From contig OZ242005.1 in the NCBI GenBank assembly GCA_965204725.1, positions 128,001 through 192,000 of the forward strand: a stretch of DNA of 64,000 bases, in the 5' to 3' direction. This document shows, piece by piece, positions 27,068 to 36,527 of the stretch. The notes beneath the pieces are model-generated. The model saw only the letters and a program-made list of their open reading frames with translations. It was not told where the DNA came from and searched no databases. The DNA is from Candidatus Latescibacterota bacterium. GTDB lineage: Bacteria > Latescibacterota > UBA2968 > UBA8231. Both the position numbers and the translations under genes were made by a program. Within the stretch, counting starts at the first letter, position 1. Each line of letters begins with the position of its first letter.

Positions 27068-27826
27068 TCACTTTTGCAACACTCGGCCCGCGCCGTTGCG
27101 GTCCCAAATCCCCACCGCGCCGTTGCGCTTGCCATCGGCCCCTAAGAAGACGAGGTGGGTGCCATTCGCGGCGTTCACGTGTAAGCCGCCGTTGCCGCGG
27201 GCACCTGCCCCCGCGTAGATCAGGTTGTCGCCGGTGTGGCTGTTGATCAATAGGCCGCCGTTTTGCAACGAATCGGCCCCGGCGAGGAAGATGTTGACGC
27301 CCTCGGCGTTATTGGCCATCAGCAAGCCGCTGCCCGCGTCTTCCCCCGCGACGATGAGCAAGTCGCCGGCCGCGCTCCGCAAGTCCAAGTGCCCGCTGCC
27401 GGTCTCGCCCGCGCCCAAGTACGCCAACGGCTCGCCGGCCGCGCTGTACACCTGCACCGCGCCCCCCTCGCTGCTTACAATCGAGACCAGCGGCGCACCC
27501 GTAGCCGTGTTGACCACGAGCAAGCCGTGTCCAGCCGCGTCGGTACTGAGGCTAACTCCGCCCTGTCCTTGGCCGGTCCCCACCCACAACGCGCCGTTTT
27601 GGCGTTCATCGGCCGTAGCCACGAGCACGGGTTGGCCTTCGTTGTTGAGGATTTCAAGGGCGCGGGCGCGGATCACGTCGGCCCCGGACGCCGTGATCAT
27701 CAGGGCGGTACTCAGCGACGCGCTCAGCAAGACCGCAATGTCGGTTAGGGCCAGCGCGGCCAGCAGGGCCAAGAGGCGACGGCCAATGTAGCGTTCCAAA
27801 GAAGCGTACGGTTGAAAGGGAGGCAT
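27068..27826 (-). CDS. Membrane-anchored protein of ~22-aa Gly-rich beta repeats
   Basis: One TM segment, then repeated G-x-L-x-V-x-(N/S)-x-x-G-x-x-L-x-x-x-G-A units. Confidence 0.7.
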   Translation of the reverse strand: MPPFQPYASLERYIGRRLLALLAALALTDIAVLLSASLSTALMITASGADVIRARALEILNNEGQPVLVATADERQNGALWVGTGQGQGGVSLSTDAAGHGLLVVNTATGAPLVSIVSSEGGAVQVYSAAGEPLAYLGAGETGSGHLDLRSAAGDLLIVAGEDAGSGLLMANNAEGVNIFLAGADSLQNGGLLINSHTGDNLIYAGAGARGNGGLHVNAANGTHLVFLGADGKRNGAVGIWDRNGAGRVLQK

Positions 27827-27854
27827 AAGGGTCCTCTCGGTAAGAGCGGTTGGG

Positions 27855-29963
27855 CTATCGTATGAGCATAATTTTGCGCGTCAGCAACTGGTCATCGGCC
27901 TGTAGTGCCAACAGGTACATGCCGCTGGTGACGAGCACTTTCGCATCCGTTTGGCCGTCCCAGCGAATGGTGTGAGAACCGGCCTCGGGTGCGCCTTGCT
28001 CCACGAGCGTCCGCACGGATTGTCCGAGCACGTTATAGACTCGCAGGGCAACCCGCATGGTGCCGACGGGAATGGTATAAGAGACACTGGTACTGGAATT
28101 AAACGGATTGGGACGATTGGCAGCGAGCGTCAGGCCGACCGCGACGGATTGTTCATCAGTATAAGTATCTAAAACCGCTGTCTCATGGGATAGCACTACG
28201 GGCGGTCCTGCCGTGTTTAGCTGCTCAATGCGGTGCGCGGCGGCGGGCGGGATTTCGGAATCTCCATAGCGAAGGGGCCAAGAGCGTCCAAATCCCCACA
28301 TCTCTACTCCATAGCGGAGTATCTCGCCACCTTCCAGACCGACGATAGCTATCAGTTCCGAAATATCGTCCCCCCCATTCTCACCTCCGCGGCACTCAAA
28401 GCCCAGACGACCCAAATTGTAGAGACTGACCGGCCCCAAATCTGGATTGAAGTTGAAAACGGGATCAATTTTTGTGTGGTCGGGAAAAACGAAAGTGGTA
28501 AGTCGCGTCAGATAGGGACGAGCCATGAACACCTGTTGCACCTTGGTCTTAGGCTCGTGGACATAAGTCACCCAGTCATCGACAAACCCCGAAAAATCGA
28601 ACCATTCGTTTTCGTAGAAGTCTTCGTACAGATTGGGAAAGCTGTAAAATTGGGATTCGGCATACGAGTGGAACACTGCGGTTTGGAGCGCTTCGGCATT
28701 CTCGTCATCTGAATACAAGCTCCAAAAGTCATAGCCTAGGGGGGTCATTGGGTCTATATCTTCTCGCTTGATCTCTTCAAGTACCGCATCCGGTATGGGT
28801 ACATGTTGCCTAAGCAACTGTAGAAGCTTCAGATCCAATTGTCCTCGATGACCGAACCAGTCCTGGGGGAGCATACCTTTAAGTGAAAGGTCGCCCATAA
28901 AAGCACCGAGGTTTTCGGGATTGCGTAGCGATTCAAGGTCAATGCTCGATTCCACTTGATCGGTACGGGCTGCTCTTTCCGCTGCGTATTCTGTGCTGAA
29001 CGCATGGTGCCCGGCCTCTGCGATCGCCTCGGAAAGAACTTCATCGTAGTTGGAGATCCCCCACTGACCTCCAAATAGTCCATAGACATCTAGCCAACTC
29101 AGTCGCGCTTGGTTCAAGTGGACATGCAGGTAGTTTTCCGGTATCGCCCGGTGTTCAGCAGCACCCCAGACGGTCAGTTTGCCACTAATGCTCCCTGCAC
29201 TCGCCGCCAATTGCAAGGGTGCGGAGATCGCATCTCCCGCATAGGTGAAGGCAACTGGTTGAAGTTGGTTTACCCATCCTAGGTATTCTAGGTCGGCAGG
29301 TAGTGTCACTTCCACAGCCAAGATGGCATGGTCCTCTTCGAGATACGATTGCAAGAGCGCCGCATTTAGCCGACCCGATTCGTAACCGCGATCCGCAACC
29401 CAAGTTACAATCTCACTCGGAGACTGGACCTTGATAATGGTAGCAGAACGCGTCTCTCTTTCTCGCACGTCTGCCAAAACTACGGTAGGGCAGCCGATAC
29501 AATCAGAGATGTGAACATGGGGAAAAAACGTCCCCTCAACCAGATTGAAACACGCTTCACTGAGCTCGTTTTCAAGAGGGAGTTCGGGCAGGTCCGGGAC
29601 GAATCCATACCATTCTTTTATTTGCTCCTTACCCCACGTCTCCACGTATTCGTCGCCCAACAACCTGTAGCGCGGTATCGTCTCTTCATCCAATCGCGTA
29701 AATATGTCGTTATGACTAAGCTCGATCCGCGATGTCGAAGGCACAGGTACGAGCCAGACGAAGTCCTCGGCTGCTCCTTCAAAATGCGTTTTCAGGTGGA
29801 CGGTTGTGCTGTCTTCACCTACCAGAAACAACGCTTTGACCTCGGTCATTTCGACCGGAGTGCCGTCGCGACTGAGCAGAATACCCCAAGCATGGGCTGG
29901 AGCGGCTGACCAGAGCACAGCGGCCAAAAGCATGAACGAGAAAGACATTGTATAGACTGACAT
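27855..29963 (-). CDS. DUF2330-domain secreted protein with C-terminal FlgD-Ig
   Basis: FEGAAEDFVWLVPVP...IFTRLDEET, PYLTRL; C-terminal PNPFNSSTSVSY...WDGQTD...SGMY; exact start uncertain. Confidence 0.75.
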   Translation of the reverse strand: MSVYTMSFSFMLLAAVLWSAAPAHAWGILLSRDGTPVEMTEVKALFLVGEDSTTVHLKTHFEGAAEDFVWLVPVPSTSRIELSHNDIFTRLDEETIPRYRLLGDEYVETWGKEQIKEWYGFVPDLPELPLENELSEACFNLVEGTFFPHVHISDCIGCPTVVLADVRERETRSATIIKVQSPSEIVTWVADRGYESGRLNAALLQSYLEEDHAILAVEVTLPADLEYLGWVNQLQPVAFTYAGDAISAPLQLAASAGSISGKLTVWGAAEHRAIPENYLHVHLNQARLSWLDVYGLFGGQWGISNYDEVLSEAIAEAGHHAFSTEYAAERAARTDQVESSIDLESLRNPENLGAFMGDLSLKGMLPQDWFGHRGQLDLKLLQLLRQHVPIPDAVLEEIKREDIDPMTPLGYDFWSLYSDDENAEALQTAVFHSYAESQFYSFPNLYEDFYENEWFDFSGFVDDWVTYVHEPKTKVQQVFMARPYLTRLTTFVFPDHTKIDPVFNFNPDLGPVSLYNLGRLGFECRGGENGGDDISELIAIVGLEGGEILRYGVEMWGFGRSWPLRYGDSEIPPAAAHRIEQLNTAGPPVVLSHETAVLDTYTDEQSVAVGLTLAANRPNPFNSSTSVSYTIPVGTMRVALRVYNVLGQSVRTLVEQGAPEAGSHTIRWDGQTDAKVLVTSGMYLLALQADDQLLTRKIMLIR

Positions 29964-30035
29964 GGCGCTTTGCCTCCATGAAGGATGCAAGGTTGTAGCG
30001 ACACCGGACGCTACACGGCCGGCGTTGCCCGTTCA

Positions 30036-30194
30036 GAAGCGGTCTGAGAACCCACATTGGGGCGTGTTGAACAAGCCGTATTTCTGGATTCCCGCCCCGT
30101 GTCGGGGCACGGGGTGACGTCCGTTCGCGGGAATGACCCCTAGAGTCGTCGTGCAAGACTAGGCCAAAAGCAACGGGAGTTTTTAGACCGCTTC
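30036..30194. mobile_element. MITE copy 2 carrying the long REP variant
   Basis: TIRs GAAGCGGTCTGAGAA / TTTTTAGACCGCTTC, TTCA on both flanks; shares GGGCGTGTTGAACAAGCC with copy 1. Confidence 0.8.
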
Positions 30195-30195
30195 T

Positions 30196-31893
30196 TCAGA
30201 AGTCGATTCGCCAGATCCCTGTGGCTTGTTTGGCCATCCAACCTTGGCGTGAGTGGAGCTTCTCCACGGTCCAAGTATCAAAGTCTTCGGCCAGCTTGCG
30301 CGTTATTGCGAAGTCGCTCTCTTGGTAGGCCGAGTGCTTTTCGGCATATCCTGAATTGCCCAAGTCGCGATTGGCTGCGGTCGCCAAGAGCGTCATGTTC
30401 CCTAGACGATACGTAGCAGCCTCCCGCTGTTGATCGTCGAACTGGTCCCAGCCGTCATTCGGATTTTCCGGCAACACGTGCTCAACGCCGTATTTCGCGC
30501 TCTCAAAGTCAAAGCGCTGTCCCGACAACTGCGCTTCGAGCCTGAACAGTATAAAGCGCACGACTCTATTGTTGCGGGAGCTGGTCGTTCGCAGTGCCTT
30601 TTCTACAAACGCCGCCCTGAATTCCTCGTCCTCGGGATAGACGGGCCGCAGCCTTGCAATCGCTGCTTGCACACTGCCGATTTCGCCGGCCGATAGCCCG
30701 CAGGCAATCCGGTTATACACCATCTCCTGATCGTTGCTTTGGCGGCCACCAATCACGTTGTATCGAAACGATACGACCGCAATAGCGCGCAAGAACCGTC
30801 CAAAGCCAGTGCGGTCGCTTTCCTCAAATCGCTCGAATGCCGCCAGCAATAAAGCCAACGGCTGACGCACGTTGAACATCTGCAACTGGGCCAAACTTTC
30901 GCGCTCCGCTGCTTTCCATAAGTCGTCCTCTGGCCGTCGCAACGCCGAATACACCCGCGCAGACTGGTCCATATCGCGGATCAACTGAAACACTCTAGAC
31001 CTATCGCTTACTTCGCGGCGCAGGGTCTTGAACAAATCGGTCTTACGCACCAGCCTGTTGCGGCTGTTCCAGAAGACCCGCAAAAACTCGGGAAAGCGCT
31101 CACTGCCCAGCAGCCCGACGACACTCTCCCAGCGATCTTCCAAAGCGTTGATCTCTGATTCGTGTGGATTATCACGCGAGACGACCGAGAACAAGTGATT
31201 CTTCAGCAGATCGGTGGCGGACAAACGCACGCCGCGCGCGTTCAGGGTCTCAAACACCTTGAAGGCATTCAATTCGTCGGTCACGGTGATGATCGTAAAA
31301 AACAGCTTATCTACCACACCATCGACAAAGCGCGCCACCGCCTCACCATCGTCACCGGATCGCTCCTCAATGCGATCCTTGAACCAGAGAAACGCCCGCC
31401 GCAGGAGATGTTCCGATGCGTTCAATCCTCCCTGCGGCAGGCTTTCCAAGGAGACTAGGTAATGCTGATAAAAGCGATCGTTATGCCGATTCAGCACCAG
31501 CTTGGAGCGCGACACGAGGCTCACCGGGTCCAAATAGCCGATGTAATTGCTGCGCAACTGCTCGGCGCGCCGGCGTTGTGGATCCGCCGGGTCGCCCGAC
31601 GCGGCCAAGTCCGTCAGACGCGCTACCGCGGCCAGCATCAACAGGCTCAGCGTGGTCATGCGCTGCTGGCCATCGATGATGTCGAACGCCCTGTTGTCCG
31701 CCGATTGCAGTACCAGATAGCCCATGTAATGAGCGGGGTCTGGGGCCTCGTCGAACAGCGCGACCAAGTCCTGCCACAGGTCATCCCACTCGTCGATCCC
31801 CCAAGAATAATCGCGTTGGAACTGCGGCACGCGATAACTCAGCCCATTGCCCATGAGTTGACGAAACGTGCTGTTGGTGGCATTGAAATTCAT
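30196..31893 (-). CDS. GmrSD-like type IV restriction endonuclease (DUF262 + DUF1524 HNH)
   Basis: VPQFQRDYSW, IIDGQQRMTT, FETLNARG, VEHVLPEN, LGNMTLL. Confidence 0.9.
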   Translation of the reverse strand: MNFNATNSTFRQLMGNGLSYRVPQFQRDYSWGIDEWDDLWQDLVALFDEAPDPAHYMGYLVLQSADNRAFDIIDGQQRMTTLSLLMLAAVARLTDLAASGDPADPQRRRAEQLRSNYIGYLDPVSLVSRSKLVLNRHNDRFYQHYLVSLESLPQGGLNASEHLLRRAFLWFKDRIEERSGDDGEAVARFVDGVVDKLFFTIITVTDELNAFKVFETLNARGVRLSATDLLKNHLFSVVSRDNPHESEINALEDRWESVVGLLGSERFPEFLRVFWNSRNRLVRKTDLFKTLRREVSDRSRVFQLIRDMDQSARVYSALRRPEDDLWKAAERESLAQLQMFNVRQPLALLLAAFERFEESDRTGFGRFLRAIAVVSFRYNVIGGRQSNDQEMVYNRIACGLSAGEIGSVQAAIARLRPVYPEDEEFRAAFVEKALRTTSSRNNRVVRFILFRLEAQLSGQRFDFESAKYGVEHVLPENPNDGWDQFDDQQREAATYRLGNMTLLATAANRDLGNSGYAEKHSAYQESDFAITRKLAEDFDTWTVEKLHSRQGWMAKQATGIWRIDF

Positions 31894-31962
31894 CGGCGTC
31901 CTCTTTTGGGCCGATAGGGAGCTTGCTATTTTTCAGCCCAAACTTACGCAAGGAGGAGGCCA

Positions 31963-33171
31963 ATGGCCAAAATCAAGGAAGTCCGCTGCATCCGCACCCG
32001 CCAGAACGGCACGTGGGTCATCGTCAAAATCATCACTGACCAACCCGGCCTCTACGGCATCGGCTCGGCCAGCGAGCACAACCACGCCGCCACGGTCGTC
32101 ACAGCCCTCGAAGAGAGCTTGGGGCCGCTGCTGATTGGCCGCGAGGCCAGCCGCATCGAAGATATATGGCAGTGCCTCTACACCAGCGGCTACTGGCGCA
32201 GCGGCTCCATTCTCAACGCCGCGCTGGGCGGGATCGACATGGCCCTGTGGGACATCAAGGGCAAGGAAGCCGGGATGCCGGTGTACGATCTGCTCGGCGG
32301 AGCCTGCCGCGCGGCCGTGCCCTGCTACGCCCACGCAGGCGGCAGCGACCACGCGGCCCTCGCCGCTGACGTCCAGCGCTACATTGACGAAGGCTGGCCG
32401 GTAATCCGCTGCCAACTCGGGGGCTACGGCGGCGGCGGGTTCGTGGAAAACGCTCCCAAGCCGCGCAACCCGTGGTCGGCGGCCCCGGCCTTTGACGACG
32501 AAGCCTATCTCGAAGCCATCCCGGCCATGTTCGCCTATCTCCGCAAGCACCTCGGATTTGGCCCCAAGCTGACCCACGATGTCCACGAGCACCTCAAGCC
32601 CCAAGTCGCGGTCGCCTTGGCCAAGCGGCTAGAGCCTTACCGGCTCTTCTTTCTCGAAGACGCGCTCGCGCCCGAGCAGATCGGCTGGTTCCGGCTCATG
32701 CGCCAGCAATGCACCACGCCGCAGGCCATGGGCGAGCTATTCGTCAATGTCCACGAGTATCTGCCGCTGATTAGCGAACGCCTCATCGACTACGTCCGCG
32801 TGCGGGTGGCCAAAGGCGGCGGCATCACCCCGTGCCGCAAAATCGCCGCGCTCTGCGAGTTCTACGGCGTCCAGACAGCTTGGCAGGAGGGCGGAGACAA
32901 CGATCCGGTCAACCAAGCGGCCGCCATGCACCTAGACATGGCGAGCTACAGCTTTGGCATCCAAGAGGAGAACGGCTTTGGGCCAGAAGAGCTGGAGGCG
33001 TTTCCCGGACACGCGACCATGGAAGGGGGCTACATGTATCCCAACGGCCAGCCCGGCCTAGGGATCGACATCGACGAGGACAAGGCCAAGAAGCTGTTGG
33101 TCGGCGATCAGGTGCGCGCCTTTTACGCGGCCGAAGACCGCCGCGCCGACGGCAGCGTGGTGCGCCCCTAG
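31963..33171 (+). CDS. Mannonate dehydratase (RspA/ManD-like) enolase-superfamily enzyme
   Basis: YWRSG, ALWDIKGK, IRCQLGGYG, HDVHE, FFLED, AMGELF, GIQE, DGSVVRP. Confidence 0.88.
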   Translation: MAKIKEVRCIRTRQNGTWVIVKIITDQPGLYGIGSASEHNHAATVVTALEESLGPLLIGREASRIEDIWQCLYTSGYWRSGSILNAALGGIDMALWDIKGKEAGMPVYDLLGGACRAAVPCYAHAGGSDHAALAADVQRYIDEGWPVIRCQLGGYGGGGFVENAPKPRNPWSAAPAFDDEAYLEAIPAMFAYLRKHLGFGPKLTHDVHEHLKPQVAVALAKRLEPYRLFFLEDALAPEQIGWFRLMRQQCTTPQAMGELFVNVHEYLPLISERLIDYVRVRVAKGGGITPCRKIAALCEFYGVQTAWQEGGDNDPVNQAAAMHLDMASYSFGIQEENGFGPEELEAFPGHATMEGGYMYPNGQPGLGIDIDEDKAKKLLVGDQVRAFYAAEDRRADGSVVRP

Positions 33172-33225
33172 CACTTCCCGCGCAAGTGCCTCGACACGGA
33201 GCGGGCTAGCGACCCGCTTTCCTAA

Positions 33226-33360
33226 GAAGCTGTCTGAAAACTCTGGTAGTCGTCCTTTGTGTCTAAACGATACCGGCTGGATTCCCGCTTTCGCGGGAAT
33301 GACGGATCCTGTCTCTACGGCTTGTTCAATATGCCCCAAGATGGGTTTTCAGACCGCCTC
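33226..33360. mobile_element. MITE copy 3 with intact REP (33277-33304)
   Basis: TIRs GAAGCTGTCTGAAAAC / GTTTTCAGACCGCCTC, TAA on both flanks. Confidence 0.85.
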
Positions 33361-33363
33361 TAA

Positions 33364-33418
33364 GGATCGAGGGCATCTTGCCCTCGTCGAGGGCGGGACG
33401 CCCTCGATCCCGGACGCA
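33364..33418. repeat. REP-like doublet (GATCGAGGGC family), copy 2
   Basis: Exact reverse complement of 12982-13036. Confidence 0.85.
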
Positions 33419-33437
33419 AAGAGACGACCACCAGATC

Positions 33438-35039
33438 TCAGCGGGCGGTCAGCATCGTCACCCGATGGGGTTCGGTTCCCGGCGGCTGTTTTCGCGCCCC
33501 GTGAGCATCGCGGAGCGTGAACGGGTGGTGCATGAGGAGGTCCTGCTTGCCGTCTTCGTTGAGATCCACCAGCCATGCGTACTCCCGGTCATTGGGCAGG
33601 TCAGTCGCCACCCTCTGAGGCCGCGGGGCGAACAGGTCCGGTCCCGGGACGCCGACAAAGACATGCAATTCCTTATGGCCTCCCTCAATGAGCAGGTCCG
33701 AGCGACCATCGCCGGTCACATCGCCGATGAGCAGAGTCCGGTTGAACGCACGTCGGTACTGTTTTTGCGTCCGATGGCTTTCGTGCTTCCCCCCTCGAAG
33801 GACGACGTCGAGCGGCACCCACCCCGGCTCCCTATGGCTGGGCGCACCGTCTAACTGGATTCTGCGGGTAGCGTTAGGTCGGTCGCTGTAAAGGCCCCCT
33901 CGCGCTTGGTAGAACTCAATATCCAGCCATACATCATCGCCCATGAACCCCTTGAATCGCTTCCAGAGGCTGCTTTCGAGGTACTCGACCGCAATGGTTG
34001 TGAACATCAAGTCAACGTAGCCGTCGCGGTCCAAGTCGTGCCGGTCCATCCCAAGTTGGATTCTGCCATCCGACGCAAACGCGACATCGCTGCCCCGGGC
34101 AAACGCAGTGCCGCCGTCGGGGGTTGGCACACCGAAATGCACATTGAAGGCGGAACGTTTGCTGGAAATGCGCCGGCCCTCAAGCGAGAAGGTCGCCAAG
34201 TCGGCCACGCCATCGCCGTTCAGGTCCGCCAACGAGTGCAGCACCTTCCCAGTCATGTCTCCGGTGGCGAGCGAGCCGAGGTCGTCGGAGTCGAAGGCGA
34301 CATCAGTCGCAAAGGGCTTGGCCGCTGCGGCAAACAACCCGCGCTCGTCTTGGAGATGCACCTCAAAGTGGTCCGCGTTCCAGCACACCAAGTCGCCACG
34401 ACCGTCGCGGTTGAAGTCCACCTCGTGGATGCGGCTTTGAGACCAAGGGTCGTAGCGATAGCCGTCGACCCCGTAGATCCGACCCAATTCGGGGGCGGGA
34501 CCGATCTTCACGGGATCGGCAAACCCCCCGTCGTCCATCTGAACGAACACCGAGAAGCCATCGACGTCTGGCACGACCAAGTCGTCGCGTCCATCGCCGT
34601 TCACATCCCGCGTGACATCTACATGGGGGATTTCGCCGCGCCGAGGCGGAGTAAAGTGGGCAGTAACCGCGACCAAGGCGCGTTCCATCGCCGCGTCGGG
34701 GTCGAACCAGTTCAGGCGACCGCGCTCGTACGCAATCAAGCGGTCGCGTCCACCGATATTAGCCACATCCACGAACAACACGCCGGGCCGCAACGTTGCG
34801 TCGAGAACCGGCCCCCAAGCACCGTTATCGAACCCGTATATTTGCACGCGGCGGTCGCCATTGGCGTCGATGTTCACTACCACCAGTTCCGCCCTAGCAC
34901 CACCGAGGAGAAATCCCGTCAAAACAGTCAGGCGTTTCCCCGGGCCGATGACGACCTCGTACCGCTCAAAAGCGAACTCTTCGCCGAGCAGCCCCGAGCA
35001 GCTAAAAGCGAGTAGAAAAAGCGTCTTAAAAATAGGCAT
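33438..35039 (-). CDS. FG-GAP/VCBS repeat protein
   Basis: Repeated DVNGDGRDDL, DFNRDGRGDL, DLNGDGVADL, DLDRDGYVDL, DVTGDGRSDL, DLNEDGKQDL; signal peptide from ATG 35039. Confidence 0.88.
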   Translation of the reverse strand: MPIFKTLFLLAFSCSGLLGEEFAFERYEVVIGPGKRLTVLTGFLLGGARAELVVVNIDANGDRRVQIYGFDNGAWGPVLDATLRPGVLFVDVANIGGRDRLIAYERGRLNWFDPDAAMERALVAVTAHFTPPRRGEIPHVDVTRDVNGDGRDDLVVPDVDGFSVFVQMDDGGFADPVKIGPAPELGRIYGVDGYRYDPWSQSRIHEVDFNRDGRGDLVCWNADHFEVHLQDERGLFAAAAKPFATDVAFDSDDLGSLATGDMTGKVLHSLADLNGDGVADLATFSLEGRRISSKRSAFNVHFGVPTPDGGTAFARGSDVAFASDGRIQLGMDRHDLDRDGYVDLMFTTIAVEYLESSLWKRFKGFMGDDVWLDIEFYQARGGLYSDRPNATRRIQLDGAPSHREPGWVPLDVVLRGGKHESHRTQKQYRRAFNRTLLIGDVTGDGRSDLLIEGGHKELHVFVGVPGPDLFAPRPQRVATDLPNDREYAWLVDLNEDGKQDLLMHHPFTLRDAHGARKQPPGTEPHRVTMLTAR

Positions 35040-35553
35040 GTAGGCCCGACCCCACGTAAACGCCAGCAAGCCCCTTAGACTGATCACTCGCTTTTTCTCT
35101 GCCAAACCCCTGACCGACTGCTACGTTCAAGCCGAGCGGGATCCCGCCCAGTGAAAACACCAACTCGCCGCCAAAAGCAAGTCCAACGCCCAGCGTCGTG
35201 GTCTCGACGATCTTGCGGCGGGATCGCTGCCCTTCCTCAAATCGCCAGCCCCCTTCTAAGGTAAAATAAAGTCGGGCGATATTCCGTTTGTTTTGGTGCT
35301 CGAATATGGCATAGGAAACGCCAGCCCCTAGCATGTGGTCGCTGTTTTGATCTCTGAGAATAAAGCGTCCAACGGTTTGCAGATATACGGGGGCCAGCCC
35401 GGTATAACGAAGGCTAATTCCACCAAAGGCGGAGGTCGCTCCCTGAACTCCAATACCGAAACTCTTGGTCAGGTCTGTTGCTCGCGCCGGAGCCGAGAAA
35501 CTCAAGGTTGCACCCAACAAGATACCGATTAGGCAAGCAATCGAGCGCGTCAT
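35026..35553 (-). CDS. Small outer-membrane beta-barrel-like protein
   Basis: Signal peptide, alternating Gly/hydrophobic strands, C-terminal Phe (GLHAYF). Confidence 0.7.
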   Translation of the reverse strand: MTRSIACLIGILLGATLSFSAPARATDLTKSFGIGVQGATSAFGGISLRYTGLAPVYLQTVGRFILRDQNSDHMLGAGVSYAIFEHQNKRNIARLYFTLEGGWRFEEGQRSRRKIVETTTLGVGLAFGGELVFSLGGIPLGLNVAVGQGFGREKASDQSKGLAGVYVGSGLHAYF

Positions 35554-35584
35554 TGCATCCTCTCCGTGTTAAGGCGGGGTGCGC

Positions 35585-36526
35585 CTAGGGCCGGACCGAG
35601 AAGCCGAAGGAATCCACCGCGGCCGAGGCAAACAGGCCGATCCCGTTCTCCACGTGGAAGAGCGGCCGTTGAAAGCTCTGACCGGCCTCGCCGCTGCTCC
35701 GTTCCGCATCGAGATTGTCGGTGCGGACCAAGTCGAACCAATTCTGGTCAACGGCAAAGAGCTTGATTTTGTAACGCCCGGCATAGTAGATGCCGTCCCA
35801 AGGCAGGTAGAGTTCGCCGTCTTCCAAACTCAACAGGGGCAAGGTCTCTAAGCGCTCAAACTCAAAGTCTTCCAAGTCCTCAAACCAGTCGTCGTCAAAC
35901 AACAGCGGGCTGGAATCCTCTAGGTTGGCGACGCGCACTTGGTACGACAAGGCGACGCCCTCGTCCTGAAACCGGGCTGCGAGTGCGCCCTTATCGTACT
36001 CCAATCGGTTTTCCTCGGCCTCATAAACCCCGTCGCCGATCTCGGCAAACAACTTCAACCGCCGCAGTTCGGTTTCTAAATCGTCGTCCAAGAGCCACAA
36101 CTCGTCGATGCGGATGCGCGCTGGCGTCTGGGTCTGGGCGCGCACCGCCAACCCCTCTTCAGTGCCAACGCGCAACTCGTAGCGGCGGCTCGGCTCCACC
36201 ACCGGCGCGTCGTCCGGCGGCAGGTAGTTGCCGGCTCGGACTGGATCCGGGCGGTATGCAAACACCGCGTCGTCGCTGTGAATGGAGACAGTGGCCCCCT
36301 CCAGCAGGGTGGCCGCGGCCGAATAGGAACGACCGGGAGCGACCGTGCGCCGCAGGACGACCGGCGGCAGGGGCGCATCGACGATGAGAACGGCATCGAC
36401 GACCGGGAGGTCGGCCTCGCTGGGACCAAACAGTTCGGCCGGGTCGCGGTCGGCCGCGAGCGGCCCGGGGGCTTGGCAAGACAGGAGCGGGATGAGGGCC
36501 AGCAGCAAGAGGCATCTAGGCAGCAT
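35585..36526 (-). CDS. DUF4249-like lipoprotein
   Basis: Lipobox LLSC; PVVDAVL...GATVSI...YELRV; C-terminal HVENGIGLFAS; directly follows the TonB receptor. Confidence 0.75.
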   Translation of the reverse strand: MLPRCLLLLALIPLLSCQAPGPLAADRDPAELFGPSEADLPVVDAVLIVDAPLPPVVLRRTVAPGRSYSAAATLLEGATVSIHSDDAVFAYRPDPVRAGNYLPPDDAPVVEPSRRYELRVGTEEGLAVRAQTQTPARIRIDELWLLDDDLETELRRLKLFAEIGDGVYEAEENRLEYDKGALAARFQDEGVALSYQVRVANLEDSSPLLFDDDWFEDLEDFEFERLETLPLLSLEDGELYLPWDGIYYAGRYKIKLFAVDQNWFDLVRTDNLDAERSSGEAGQSFQRPLFHVENGIGLFASAAVDSFGFSVRP

Positions 36527-36527
36527 C

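Noticed and set aside
33226-33240. Similarity of the MITE TIR (GCTGTCTGAA/GCGGTCTGAA) to the Neisseria DNA uptake sequence
   Set aside because: Not an exact match, and it occurs only at MITE ends rather than densely across the window
33906-35015. 369-aa antisense ORF
   Set aside because: Shadow of the FG-GAP gene; long antisense ORFs are expected at this GC content and it has no recognisable motifs
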